The notes: a model not told the origin generated them from the letters alone. A DNA stretch of 64,000 nt from an uncultured delta proteobacterium (GCA_963850305.1 CAWKKR010000008.1:448001-512000); one strand, 5' to 3'; counted from the first letter of the stretch, positions 39,214-49,483 are shown. Made by a program: numbers and translations.

Positions 39214-40818
39214 ATGGCCGCGGCGGCGCTTCAGGAAGGCGATGTCTTCGCCAGTCGATACCGTATCGTGCGCGAACTGGCGTCCGGCGGGATGGGAGCG
39301 GTGTACGAGGTCGTCCATAACGTCACCGAGCGGCGATGCGCCCTCAAAGTAATGCTCTCACACACGGTCGAGCGCGAGCAGCTCCGCAAGCGGTTCATGC
39401 AGGAGTCGCGGCTCGCTGCGCAGATCGGTAGCGACTACATCGTCGACGTTCTCGACGCGGGCGTCGACGAAGAAACCAAGGCGCCGTACTTGGTAATGGA
39501 GTTGCTCGAGGGCGAAGACCTCGGTCAGCGCCTTCTGCGACAAGGTCCGTTGTCTCGCGAAGAGGCCGTCGGTTATCTCTGGCACGCCGCGCTTGCGCTC
39601 GACAGAACGCACCAGGCCGGCATCGTCCATCGGGATCTCAAGGCGAGCAATCTGTTCTTGACGCGACGCGAGGACGGCACCCCACTCGTCAAGGTTCTCG
39701 ATTTCGGTATCGCGAAGGTGCTCACGATGGAGCGCTCCGGCGAGCAACGGACCCAGACCGTCGGTACGCCGATCTACATGGCGCCCGAACAGTTCCGAGC
39801 AGACGGGCGCATTTCGTCGGCAACGGACATCTACGCTCTGGGCATGCTCGCGTACACACTCCTCGTCGGGGTTCACTATTGGACCCGCGAACACGAGAAA
39901 TGCGAGAACCCGTTCGCGTTCGCCAGTATCGCCGTGCACGGACCGAAGGAGGATCCGTCGGCACGCGCTGCGAGAGAGAACGTGACGTTGCCGGGCACCT
40001 TCGATGGTTGGTTCTTCAAGGCCACGAGCCGATGGCCGCAGGATCGATTCTCGAGCGCTACTGCCGCGGTCACCGAACTCGCGCGTTCCCTCGAAGTCGA
40101 AGCCCCGCTACAACCCCCTGCATCCGGGACGCAGACGATCGAGGCCCCCTCGGGGGATCGCATGCCTGCTGGCGCCGCGCTCCCGGCAACACTCGAATCG
40201 CCGTCGGGAAGAGTCCAGGGGCTGGGCGTGCGCCCCCCGACCCCGGCACCCGTTTCAGGCAAGACGGGTCCCTCGAACGGATCGCCGCGGGAACAACACA
40301 CTCAAGTCTCGCTCTCCGTGACGAGTGGCGAGTTGCCGTTTTCGCTCGCCCAACAAAAGCAGCCGCGCAGCCGCCTCATGGCCATCAGCGTCGCGACAGG
40401 TCTGGTCATCGCGGTCGCGACGACGGTAGTCGTCGTATCCGTCCGGTCCAGCGAGACGCGTGAGATCGTGAGGTCGGGACCCGCCGCCTATTCGTCGCCA
40501 TCCGTTGCCTCGACGGCGCCCGCCACTCCAGCAATGCCGCCGTCCGCCAACCCAGGCGACGGCCCGAGCGTCACACGGATCGACCAGCTCCCGTTCGCCC
40601 CGCCTGAGCAACCGCACGCGATCTCCGAACAATCGCTTCCGCTGGCGCCTCCGGTCGTCCCCGTTCATTCACGCGGACGCTCGGCTCTGGAACGGCATGT
40701 GGAGAGCCCTCGCCCGGAGGTCCCAATTCCCCCCGTGACCGAGCCCCCGGGGCGCGCGATCAGCTCGCCCCCGGTAACCAAGCCCATCGATCGTTACAGC
40801 CTCTACGGCCGCGACTGA
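39214..40818 (+). CDS. Membrane Ser/Thr protein kinase
   Basis: LASGGMGAVY, ALK, HRDLKASN, DFG, GTPIYMAPEQ, DIYALG; TM and Pro-rich tail. Confidence 0.95.
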   Translation: MAAAALQEGDVFASRYRIVRELASGGMGAVYEVVHNVTERRCALKVMLSHTVEREQLRKRFMQESRLAAQIGSDYIVDVLDAGVDEETKAPYLVMELLEGEDLGQRLLRQGPLSREEAVGYLWHAALALDRTHQAGIVHRDLKASNLFLTRREDGTPLVKVLDFGIAKVLTMERSGEQRTQTVGTPIYMAPEQFRADGRISSATDIYALGMLAYTLLVGVHYWTREHEKCENPFAFASIAVHGPKEDPSARAARENVTLPGTFDGWFFKATSRWPQDRFSSATAAVTELARSLEVEAPLQPPASGTQTIEAPSGDRMPAGAALPATLESPSGRVQGLGVRPPTPAPVSGKTGPSNGSPREQHTQVSLSVTSGELPFSLAQQKQPRSRLMAISVATGLVIAVATTVVVVSVRSSETREIVRSGPAAYSSPSVASTAPATPAMPPSANPGDGPSVTRIDQLPFAPPEQPHAISEQSLPLAPPVVPVHSRGRSALERHVESPRPEVPIPPVTEPPGRAISSPPVTKPIDRYSLYGRD

Positions 40819-40909
40819 GACGGCCGCCATCGACCGGGCGCGGACTTCGCGCCGGCAGATCCGTTGGCGGGGCGTTCCCCTTGGTTTCGGGGCGGAGGAA
40901 CCAGCCGCG

Positions 40910-42397
40910 TCAGTCCGCCGCGCGATACCGGAGCTGAGGCTTGCGCGCCGCCCGGGCCTCGTCGAGGCGCCCAACGCGCGTGTCGTGCGGCGCTTGTTTG
41001 ACGAGATCGGGCGTCACGTCTGCCTCTCGGCGGATGGCGACCATCGCCTCCACGAACGCGTCGATCGTTTGCTTCGTTTCCGTCTCGGTGGGTTCGATCA
41101 TGAGCGCCCCACGCACGACGAGTGGAAAATACACCGTCGGCGGATGAAAGCCGTAATCGATGAGGCGCTTCGCGATATCGAGCGTCTTCACTCCCGTCGT
41201 CGCTTCCACCTCCCGATCCGTGAACACCGCTTCGTGCATGGGAGGCTCGTCGAAGGCTAGCGGGTAGTGATCTCGGAGACGCACCGCCAGGTAGTTCGCG
41301 TTCAGCACGGCCATGTCCGTGACGTCCCGAAGACCGTCGGGCCCGAGTTCCCTGATGTACGCGTACGCACGCACCATCATCCCGAAGTTGCCGAAGAACG
41401 ATCGAACTTTGCCGACGCTGTTCGGCAGATCGTAGTCGACGATGAATCGGCCATTTTCAGCTCGAACGACCGGAATCGGCTGAAAAGGGGCCAGGTGGTT
41501 CTTGAACGCCACGGGGCCCGAACCCGGACCACCACCGCCATGCGGCGTCGTGAAGGTCTTGTGGAGGTTGTACTGGATGACGTCCAAGCCGGCGTCCCCT
41601 GGACGTGCGCGCCCGAGCACGGCGTTCATGTTCGCTCCGTCGCCGTAAACAAGGCCGCCGCGCTCGTGGACGATCCGGCAAAGCTTCGGGATCGAGCGCT
41701 CATAAAAGCCGATCGTGTTCGGATTCGTGATCATCAGCGCGGCGATCTCGCCCTGGGAGCGCTCGATCGCAGCCACGAGATCCGCTGGATCGACGATCCC
41801 GTTTCTCGCGGGCACGGCGACGGTCTCGAACCCGTTGAGGGAGCAACTCGCCGGGTTCGTCCCATGCGCGCTGTCCGGGATGAGCACTTTGCGCGGCGAA
41901 CGCCCGCGCGCCTCGTGGTAGGCGCGGATCATCATGAGCCCGGTGAGCTCACCCTGCGCTCCCGCCGCGGGCTGCAGGTTCGCGGCATCCATGCCCGCGA
42001 TCTCGGCGAGCATGGCTGCGAGCTCCACCATGAGCTCGAGCGCGCCTTGTGCGAGATGCGCGGGTGCGAGGGGATGAAGGCCGGCGAACCCCTGCAGACG
42101 GGCCGCCCATTCGTTCACCTTCGGATTGTATTTCATCGTGCAGGAGCCGAGCGGATAGAACTGCGTGTCGATGCAGAAGTTCCACTGACTCAGTCGCACG
42201 AAGTGCCGGAACGCTTCGGGCTCGCTCACCTCCGGCAACGCCGCCGGATGAGATCGGGCGAGGTTGCCAAACGTAGTTGCGACATCGACGGAAGGGACGT
42301 CGAGCTTCGGGAGTGACGCGCCACTCCGGCCCGGAGTCCCGCGTTCGAAGATGCTGGGCTCGACAAATTGAATACCGCGCGTGGCCTCGGAAGGCAT
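40910..42397 (-). CDS. gcvPB: Glycine dehydrogenase (decarboxylating) subunit 2
   Basis: YPLGSCTMKYNPK, QPAAGAQGE, SAHGTNPAS, NLHKTFTTPHGGGGPG, HPPTVYFP, MIEPTETE. Confidence 0.95.
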   Translation of the reverse strand: MPSEATRGIQFVEPSIFERGTPGRSGASLPKLDVPSVDVATTFGNLARSHPAALPEVSEPEAFRHFVRLSQWNFCIDTQFYPLGSCTMKYNPKVNEWAARLQGFAGLHPLAPAHLAQGALELMVELAAMLAEIAGMDAANLQPAAGAQGELTGLMMIRAYHEARGRSPRKVLIPDSAHGTNPASCSLNGFETVAVPARNGIVDPADLVAAIERSQGEIAALMITNPNTIGFYERSIPKLCRIVHERGGLVYGDGANMNAVLGRARPGDAGLDVIQYNLHKTFTTPHGGGGPGSGPVAFKNHLAPFQPIPVVRAENGRFIVDYDLPNSVGKVRSFFGNFGMMVRAYAYIRELGPDGLRDVTDMAVLNANYLAVRLRDHYPLAFDEPPMHEAVFTDREVEATTGVKTLDIAKRLIDYGFHPPTVYFPLVVRGALMIEPTETETKQTIDAFVEAMVAIRREADVTPDLVKQAPHDTRVGRLDEARAARKPQLRYRAAD

Positions 42398-42990
42398 CAG
42401 TTCCAACCGTCGCCGCTGGAACTGCTGTCGCTGTCTCCTTCTCCAGGCTTCTTCTTCTTTTGGTCCCACCCGCCTCCCTGAATCGACTGCGTCTCGTCGG
42501 GAACGACAGAGTCCGGATCCGGCTTCATGTTGCGCTGCTTGATCGCATCCCAGGAGACCCCGGTCTGCTCTTGGCCGAGGCCCCATTGGCCATGGATCTC
42601 GTCGAGCACATTTTTCCCAGCGGGGTGGACATAGACGAAATAACCCCGGCCGCTCGTCGTCGCAGACGGACCGACCATGCCGATCCTCGTTTCCTTCCAC
42701 TCGTAGCTGAAGAGATTCCCGGTGACCTCACCGTGCAGCTCGCCCCACTTCTCCCCCGCGGCCGTTCGCCACTTACCGCTGATGGTGGTCCCGTTCTTTA
42801 TGATGTGCAGATATCCGTACGTCGGACTGTAGAAGACGCCGGTCCAATCCCCGCCTTCCGGCATGTCGCCGGCCTTGGGGATCGACTGAGCCGCGGAGTT
42901 AGCTGCGCCGCCGCAAGCGGCCACAGTGAAAAGCGGTGCGGAGAGCGCCGCGATGATACCGAAACGAACCATGCCGCGAGAGACGACCAT
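42397..42990 (-). CDS. Hypothetical beta-rich lipoprotein
   Basis: Lipobox VAAC; Trp/Gly-rich strands; TGATG overlap with gcvPB. Confidence 0.75.
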   Translation of the reverse strand: MVVSRGMVRFGIIAALSAPLFTVAACGGAANSAAQSIPKAGDMPEGGDWTGVFYSPTYGYLHIIKNGTTISGKWRTAAGEKWGELHGEVTGNLFSYEWKETRIGMVGPSATTSGRGYFVYVHPAGKNVLDEIHGQWGLGQEQTGVSWDAIKQRNMKPDPDSVVPDETQSIQGGGWDQKKKKPGEGDSDSSSSGDGWN

Positions 42991-43003
42991 GGCTCGCACC
43001 TTA

Positions 43004-44011
43004 TCACGGGTTTCGGGCTCGGATCCGGTCGATCGCGGCGTCCGGAAGGTGGATGTCGAGGTCCAGCAGAATGATCTCGGACGCCTCGAACGTCGCACCG
43101 ATCTTCGTCGCACATTTCGGCGTGGTGAGCCACACATCGACGCTTCCGCAGCGCCGCCGAGAACCCACTGGGCGCGCGTGATCCGGGAAAAGTCGCACGT
43201 CGATCGGTCGAACCCCGTGCGCTGCGAGAGAGCACAGGATGCGATCCGGGCGCGCGACCGCCACGACGAGCCCCACGCGTCGAGACGCGAGGTCCGAAAA
43301 GGACACGAGCGTGCGATCGCGCCGACGAGCGACCAGGTCCGTTGTCGCGGGGAATACGGGTGGCACCCGTAGCGCGCCGGGCAGAGTCAGGGGTTTTCCG
43401 GACATGCCCTGGGTCGAAACCGCAATGATCACGTCCGCAGCCCGAACGAGCCGGTCCTTTTCTGCGCGCAGATCGCCAGCTGGCGGACAATTGCCAGCGC
43501 CCCAGGGCGCCACGGCGTCCATCGCGAGGATCGACAATCCGAGACGCTCGGGACGTGCCTGAAGAAGTCCGTCGACGAGCACCAGCGGGGCTGCTTTTGC
43601 CGCCAGCGCGATGGTCGCGGACCGGTTGCCTCCGACGAAGACGTCTACCCGCCATGGTCCAAGATCGCGGGCGAGGCAGAGCGCATCATCCCCAACTCGA
43701 CGAACGTCGTCCGTCGCTTCGACGCGTCTCGCGGATGACGCACGCACGGCATATCCATGCGCGACCACCGCAACGCGGTCCCCGCGTGACGCAAGCTTCC
43801 TTGCGATGGCCAGCACGAGCGGAGTCTTGTACGAGCCACCGAGCGTCGCGCCTCCGACGCCGACGACGCGCGCGTCCTCGGGGAGGCAAACCCGGCGCGC
43901 CACGACTGCACTTCGAGCCCAGACCTTCGATAACCCGAGCGCCGCGGGAAAAGGGCTCATGCCACGCTCGAGCGCACGAGCCGCGACGCCGCCGAGCGCA
44001 GTTCGGATCAC
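43004..44011 (-). CDS. lpxK: Tetraacyldisaccharide 4'-kinase (divergent)
   Basis: VGGATLGGSYKTP, HGY, VGDDA, AGDLR, FPDHA, LTTPKCATK. Confidence 0.8.
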   Translation of the reverse strand: MIRTALGGVAARALERGMSPFPAALGLSKVWARSAVVARRVCLPEDARVVGVGGATLGGSYKTPLVLAIARKLASRGDRVAVVAHGYAVRASSARRVEATDDVRRVGDDALCLARDLGPWRVDVFVGGNRSATIALAAKAAPLVLVDGLLQARPERLGLSILAMDAVAPWGAGNCPPAGDLRAEKDRLVRAADVIIAVSTQGMSGKPLTLPGALRVPPVFPATTDLVARRRDRTLVSFSDLASRRVGLVVAVARPDRILCSLAAHGVRPIDVRLFPDHARPVGSRRRCGSVDVWLTTPKCATKIGATFEASEIILLDLDIHLPDAAIDRIRARNP

Positions 44012-44907
44012 GCGGCCTTGAGCTCGCGTCCGAGCGCGACGCCGAGTTCGAACGCTGTCCCCTCGGAGCTGGGCCACCGGGTTCTCGACTCGCGGAAGCG
44101 AGCCCGGCTTCCGTCGGGATCGGCCAGCATCGCGCGAAGCCAGATTTCGTCAGCCTGTCTAACTGCATATGCCGCCACGGGAACCTGGCAGCTACCCTCG
44201 ACGACTTTCATCACGCCCCGCTCCGCCATCACGGCGAGCGTCGTGTCGGAATCACCGAGACGCTCGAGAAGCGCCGCGACGCGAGCATCCGCCCCCCGGC
44301 GCTCGACGGCCAGCGCTCCCTGGCCAATCGCCGGCAGGCATCGCGAGGGATCGAGGATCTCCGTGGCTCTGGCGCCCAGACCCAGCCGACGGAGGCCGGC
44401 GCCAGCGAGCGCGAGCGCGTCCACGACCCCCTCCTCGCACTTTCGAAGCCTCGTGTCGACGTTGCCTCGAATCGGGACGTATTCGAGGTCCGATCGCCAC
44501 GCGCGCAGCATCGAGATGCGCCGCAGCGACGAAGTTCCGACTTTGCTCCCGGACCGGAGTTCCTCGAACCGACATCCTTCGCGGGTCACGATGACGTCGC
44601 GAGGGTCCTCGCGTGCTGGGATGCATCCGACGACGAGCCCCGCCGCGAGATCCGCTGGCACGTCCTTCATCGAGTGGATCGCGACATCCGCGCGCCCCTC
44701 GACGAGCGCTTCCTCGATCTCCTTGATGAAGACGCCCTTCCCGCCGATCTGCGAGAGCGCGACGTCCTGAATACGATCGCCCGTCGTCGTGACGTGCAGT
44801 TCTTCCGTCAGGACGCCGGTGAGTCGCGTGAAGTCGCGCATGAAGGTCCTTGCCTGCGCGAGGGCGAGCTGGCTCTTGCGAGTCGCAACGATGACAGAAC
44901 GTGTCAC
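44008..44907 (-). CDS. hemC: Hydroxymethylbilane synthase
   Basis: ATRKSQLALAQ, GGKGVFIKEIE, HSMKDVP, GTSSLRR, RGNVDTRL, EGSCQVP. Confidence 0.96.
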   Translation of the reverse strand: MTRSVIVATRKSQLALAQARTFMRDFTRLTGVLTEELHVTTTGDRIQDVALSQIGGKGVFIKEIEEALVEGRADVAIHSMKDVPADLAAGLVVGCIPAREDPRDVIVTREGCRFEELRSGSKVGTSSLRRISMLRAWRSDLEYVPIRGNVDTRLRKCEEGVVDALALAGAGLRRLGLGARATEILDPSRCLPAIGQGALAVERRGADARVAALLERLGDSDTTLAVMAERGVMKVVEGSCQVPVAAYAVRQADEIWLRAMLADPDGSRARFRESRTRWPSSEGTAFELGVALGRELKAA

Positions 44908-46250
44908 GACGCCTCCCGCTCGGCACTGGCGTGCTCAGGCAAGGCCTCCTCCTCGGCCGCGTCCGCGCTCGACCCCGTTTCGAGCGCGAAGAGCTCGTTC
45001 AGCGTCACGAGCGCCTGCTCCAGGTCCGCGCGAGAAGCCGGATCCGTCGCGAGGCGCCGCAATCGCTGCGTGGTCGGATGAAGCATCTTGTTCAGCGCGG
45101 CTTCTACCATGACCTGAAGTGCGTCCCGATCCGGAGGGGCGAGGTGCTTCAGCTTGCCCGCGAGGCTTCGCTCCACTTCGCCCTGGAGAATGTCCCGGAG
45201 TCGCTCACGGAGCTGCACGATGGTCGGCGTGACCTGCTCCCCGTCCGCCCACCGTTCGTAACTTGCAGCCTCCTCGGCAACGATCTCTTCTGCCCTGTCG
45301 GCCTCTCGACGACGGGTCACCAGGGACTCTGCGACGACCTTGGAGAGATCGTCCACGTTGTACAGAAACACGGAGTCGAGGCGACCTACGTCCGGATCTA
45401 TATCGCGCGGCACCGCGAGATCGATGAAGAACAAGCTTCGACCTCGTCGAGCGCGACGTAGTCCGTGAACGCGGTCGTGGTCCACCACGTACCCCGACGC
45501 GCTCGTCGTGGAAATCACGACGTCGGCTTCGCGCAGCGTCTCGTCCAGATCGGCAAAGGATCGAGGCGCGCCGTCCATCGCAACCGCGATCTCGCGGACG
45601 CGGTCGGCGTTTCGTCCGAGGACCAGCAGCCGCGAGCCCGCCTGTCGTAACAGCCGCGCGACGGTTTCCCCCATCTCACCGGACCCGATGAGCGCCACCG
45701 TATGTCGTGACAGGTCACCGAAAATCTGTCGCGCCAGGTCGACGGCAACGCTCGGCACGGAGACCAGTCCCGACCCGACCGTCGTTTCGGAGCGCACCCG
45801 CTTGGCGGCCTTGATCGCGCGGGGGATGACCCGGTTGAGTACGCTGCCCGCCGTGCCGATCTCGCGCGCAAGATCGTACGCGTCCTTCACCTGACCCAAG
45901 ATCTGCGGCTCCCCCACGACGAGCGAATCCAGCGACGCAGCGACCCGAAACAAATGACGAACCGCGTCGCGTCCGACGTGGTGGTAGAGGTTCCCGGAAA
46001 CCCCGGGCGCCCGGGCGATGACAGTTTCTTCCGTCGCGCGAGCGACCTCTGCGAGGTTCGATCGCGGACCGTCCATTCCGGCGGCAACGATCTCGACGCG
46101 ATTGCACGTCGAAACGACCAGCGCTTCGCCGATCGAATCGCGACCGACGAGACCGCGAAGCAGCTCCGGGACGTGCTCCGCGGGCAGCGCCAGGCGCTCC
46201 CGAACTTCGATCGGCGCGGTGCGATGCGAGAGCCCTACGACGACGATCAA
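44904..46250 (-). CDS. hemA: Glutamyl-tRNA reductase
   Basis: GLSHRTAPIEVRE, STCNRVE, SLDSLVVGEPQILGQ, IDLAVPRDID; TTG start. Confidence 0.96.
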   Translation of the reverse strand: MIVVVGLSHRTAPIEVRERLALPAEHVPELLRGLVGRDSIGEALVVSTCNRVEIVAAGMDGPRSNLAEVARATEETVIARAPGVSGNLYHHVGRDAVRHLFRVAASLDSLVVGEPQILGQVKDAYDLAREIGTAGSVLNRVIPRAIKAAKRVRSETTVGSGLVSVPSVAVDLARQIFGDLSRHTVALIGSGEMGETVARLLRQAGSRLLVLGRNADRVREIAVAMDGAPRSFADLDETLREADVVISTTSASGYVVDHDRVHGLRRARRGRSLFFIDLAVPRDIDPDVGRLDSVFLYNVDDLSKVVAESLVTRRREADRAEEIVAEEAASYERWADGEQVTPTIVQLRERLRDILQGEVERSLAGKLKHLAPPDRDALQVMVEAALNKMLHPTTQRLRRLATDPASRADLEQALVTLNELFALETGSSADAAEEEALPEHASAEREAS

Positions 46251-47065
46251 AGGCCGCCCCGCGAGCCGGAATGCGCGACGTAGATCCCGACGACGAGCAG
46301 CACGCAGGCGACGCCCGCGAGCGTTCCATAAGCCGCACGACGGCCGCGCCATCCCGCCACGGCGCGGAGCACGAGCACCGCAGCGACCAGGAACCAGGTC
46401 GTATAACCCAGCGCCGTGCGGGCGAGACTCGCCGCGGTCTGGACGTCGAGGCGAGCCGCGAAGACCGCCCCGCTCACGATACCGAACGTGAGGAGCGGGA
46501 ATCCCGCGAGCAAGAGTCGGTGTAGGGTGAGATCGAGCGCATCGAGCGGCGGCAGCTTGCCCTGAAGCGAGGTGACCCTCTTGGCCTTGAGCCGCCGCTC
46601 CTGGAAGAGATAGAAGGCGCCAGCCGCGCCGGCGAGAAGAAACAAGCCGACCCCGAGCACGTTGGCCGCAATGTGCATCATGAGCAGGGTCGCCGGGAAG
46701 TCGGTCACGGGTGCGCTCGCCCGGAGAAACTGTGCCCCGACGAGCACGGCGAGCGCTAGCGGGGCGACCACGACGCCGATCGCGTCGATGCGAGTCCGAC
46801 GGCGGAGCGCGAGGTAGGCGATGGAAAGCGAGGCCGCACAGAGCGACAAGCCGAAGCGAAGCGACCGTGCTGTCGTCTCGCCGGTGGCGAGAGTCGAGAC
46901 CATGTGTGCAATCTGAAACAGAACGCCGGTCGAGAGCGCGAGCGAACCCCAGCGCGCGGCCGGAAACGACCGGTCGGGGCGAGCTATCTCGACGAAGAAC
47001 AGCGTAGCGGCTGCTGAATACGCGACCACCCCGACGTAGAAGACGATGTCTACGACGAATGCCAA
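46247..47065 (-). CDS. ccsA: CcsA/HemX-like cytochrome c assembly membrane protein
   Basis: ~8 TMs; LFQERRLK..LPPLDALD, GFPLLTFGIVSG, GWRGRRAA; directly upstream of hemA. Confidence 0.85.
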   Translation of the reverse strand: MAFVVDIVFYVGVVAYSAAATLFFVEIARPDRSFPAARWGSLALSTGVLFQIAHMVSTLATGETTARSLRFGLSLCAASLSIAYLALRRRTRIDAIGVVVAPLALAVLVGAQFLRASAPVTDFPATLLMMHIAANVLGVGLFLLAGAAGAFYLFQERRLKAKRVTSLQGKLPPLDALDLTLHRLLLAGFPLLTFGIVSGAVFAARLDVQTAASLARTALGYTTWFLVAAVLVLRAVAGWRGRRAAYGTLAGVACVLLVVGIYVAHSGSRGGL

Positions 47066-47066
47066 A

Positions 47067-47477
47067 TCAGAGCCTCTCGATCAGGTAGCGAGCGAGCAAC
47101 TCTTCGTCGCTCTGCTTTTCGGATAGCTTCGTGAGCAGACCCAGAAGCGCGGCGGTCGCGACACGACCGCCGGGGCGCCCGACGGGCGACAGCAAGTACC
47201 CGGGGATCACATCATACGCAAGCTCCCCGATGACCATCGACCGATGGAGGACCTCCGCGCCGAGCGCTGCGAGAACCGAGAGCGGTTGCACGGCTCCGAG
47301 GAGGCCGTGAGTGTCCCCCGACCCGCTCACCTCCGCGACGACATGCGCAGCTTCCTCGACCAGGAACCGCGCCGCATCGTCCGTCACACGCAGCTCGCGA
47401 CCGTCGAACTCGACGCGCCCGGCAGCGATCCAGCGATCGAGGAGCGCGCCGCTCATGAACACGCGGTTCGGTGACAT
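47067..47477 (-). CDS. Hypothetical protein
   Basis: NRVFMSGALLDRW..GAEV..AYDVIPG..SDEELLARYL; co-directional and tightly packed. Confidence 0.7.
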   Translation of the reverse strand: MSPNRVFMSGALLDRWIAAGRVEFDGRELRVTDDAARFLVEEAAHVVAEVSGSGDTHGLLGAVQPLSVLAALGAEVLHRSMVIGELAYDVIPGYLLSPVGRPGGRVATAALLGLLTKLSEKQSDEELLARYLIERL

Positions 47478-47538
47478 CGGAACGGAATGGTAGCGCGAGA
47501 CATGGGACACCGGGATCTCGGGGTGCACTTCCGGGCCG

Positions 47539-49032
47539 TCAGGCAAGGGACCGGGCGATTTGCTCGGCGTTTCGCTCGGCGAGTGCCATGACGGTGAGGT
47601 ACGGGTTCACGTGGCTGCTCGTGGGAAACAGCGACGCGTCGGCGACCACCATTCCGGGGTACCCATGCACGCGACCCCACGCGTCGGTGACGCTCGTCTC
47701 CGGATCGGCGCCCATGCGGCACCCGCCCATGGGGTGCGCGCTGCTCAACACGACCTTGCCGCTCAGGAGGGCACCGGGATGTATCGCGGCTTCGAGCTCG
47801 GTCGGGCGCGTGACGGAAAAGCGATCGCTCACGAGCGAAACGTACTCCTCCGCTCCGGCGGCAAAATAAATGCGGCCGACCTCGCGCTGGGAATGAACGA
47901 TCGCCTCCTTCGATTTCGCGTTGACGCGATAATCCAGGATGGCCCTCCCCCCTTCGAGCCGAATCGCGTTCCGTTCCTCGGCGTCGTCGTGCACGAGCGT
48001 GATCGCGCAGGCGAGATACTGATAATCGCGCATCAGCCGCTTCAAATCCGCACCAAACCCCGGAAGCGACTTCGCCGTCACGAAAGGGAAATAGAATGCC
48101 GTCTCGACGTAGTAGTGGTGGGCGTCGCTGAAATAATCCGTGAAGTGCAGCTTCGGAAACCCTTCGAAGCCACGAACCGGTTCCTTCATCCGGCCGAACG
48201 AGGTCAGCGCGGGGTGCAGCGTGACGTACTTGCCGCAGGCAGCGCTCAAGTCATCCAGACCGGAGCGCAAGAGGAGAGCGGCCGACCCGAGGGTGCCGGC
48301 GGCGATGACGATAACCCGTGCTCGAAACTCGACTGCACCCGGCGCGTGAGCTCCGGCGCGAGACCCCTTCGGCGCGGCCGAAATGACTCCTTCGGCCCCG
48401 CCGTCCCAGACGCGCGTGACGCGGCAGTTAGGAATGAGCTCCACGCCATTGGCTACGGCTCGCGGGATCTGGACCTCTAGCGTGCCGCGCTTGGCTCCGT
48501 ACGGGCAGCCGAGATTGCAGAACCCACACCCGACGCAATCCGTGATGTTCACTCGAAATTGCTTCACCGCGAGACCGAGGCGCTCGCAACCCTCACGAAA
48601 GATCCGGTTATTCCGGTTCTCCACCTCAGGTCCGGGGAAATGCGCGTCAATCTCTTCTTCGATGTGGGGGAAGCGCGCCTGCACGTCGGCTTCGTTCAGC
48701 TCGCGGAGTCGCCCGGTTCGTGCCCACCCGGCGATGAGTCCCTCCGGAGGACGAAACGTGACGCCCGTGTAAACCGCCGTGCTGCCGCCGACGCACTCGG
48801 CGGCCGAGACGGCGATCTCGAAGTTTTTCGATGGAACGGCGCCGTTGTCCTTGAAGAGCCCGATCATGTCGGCTTCGCGCATGTTGAAGGCATCGCGCCC
48901 CCAGAAAGGGCCGGCTTCGGCGATCGCGATACGCGCGCCGGCGCCGCACAGGTGCGAAAGGCGCGCTGCAACGGTACCGCCGCCCGCGCCGGAGCCGATT
49001 ATCAGCACGTCGAGTTCGATCGGGCGCGGCAT
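47539..49032 (-). CDS. GMC family oxidoreductase
   Basis: IGSGAGG, VGGSTAV, CVGCGFCNLGC, SAHPMGGCRMG, ADASLFP..VNP. Confidence 0.92.
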   Translation of the reverse strand: MPRPIELDVLIIGSGAGGGTVAARLSHLCGAGARIAIAEAGPFWGRDAFNMREADMIGLFKDNGAVPSKNFEIAVSAAECVGGSTAVYTGVTFRPPEGLIAGWARTGRLRELNEADVQARFPHIEEEIDAHFPGPEVENRNNRIFREGCERLGLAVKQFRVNITDCVGCGFCNLGCPYGAKRGTLEVQIPRAVANGVELIPNCRVTRVWDGGAEGVISAAPKGSRAGAHAPGAVEFRARVIVIAAGTLGSAALLLRSGLDDLSAACGKYVTLHPALTSFGRMKEPVRGFEGFPKLHFTDYFSDAHHYYVETAFYFPFVTAKSLPGFGADLKRLMRDYQYLACAITLVHDDAEERNAIRLEGGRAILDYRVNAKSKEAIVHSQREVGRIYFAAGAEEYVSLVSDRFSVTRPTELEAAIHPGALLSGKVVLSSAHPMGGCRMGADPETSVTDAWGRVHGYPGMVVADASLFPTSSHVNPYLTVMALAERNAEQIARSLA

Positions 49033-49037
49033 GACGG

Positions 49038-49475
49038 TCAGTCGTCTCCACGACGCAGGCGATAATACGGCGCGTCGAGACGTGGCCCCGGATAGCCGAG
49101 CTCCCGCCAGGTGTCGTCGAGCGCGTAGTAACCGAGCAGAGCGAACGTCTTCAATCCGAAGAACCCTTGCCTGAATCTGACGAAGAGTCGCGTGGTCTCG
49201 AGGAACCGGAGAACCGCCTCTTGCTGCTCGCGTCCCAGCCTGGAAAATCCGCGTCCGTAGCGAAAACGTGGCAGGATCTCGACGGCAGCGAGAAACGTGG
49301 CGAGGAGTTTACGATCGCGTTCGGGGCGGGCAGCAAGGGCCCGATCCGCGATCTGGATCGCACGCTCGTCGTCCGCACCCGGCGAATCTGGCTCCGCGGG
49401 GACGATGCATGCGGCCGCGGCGCGAAACGTCCGCGCCGTAGCGGGGGTGAAGAAGCGGTACTCCGTGCCGGTCAT
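49038..49475 (-). CDS. Gluconate 2-dehydrogenase subunit 3-like protein
   Basis: FSRL..EQQEAVL, LLGYY..WRELGYPGP; directly upstream of GMC. Confidence 0.8.
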   Translation of the reverse strand: MTGTEYRFFTPATARTFRAAAACIVPAEPDSPGADDERAIQIADRALAARPERDRKLLATFLAAVEILPRFRYGRGFSRLGREQQEAVLRFLETTRLFVRFRQGFFGLKTFALLGYYALDDTWRELGYPGPRLDAPYYRLRRGDD

Positions 49476-49483
49476 CGCGAGAG

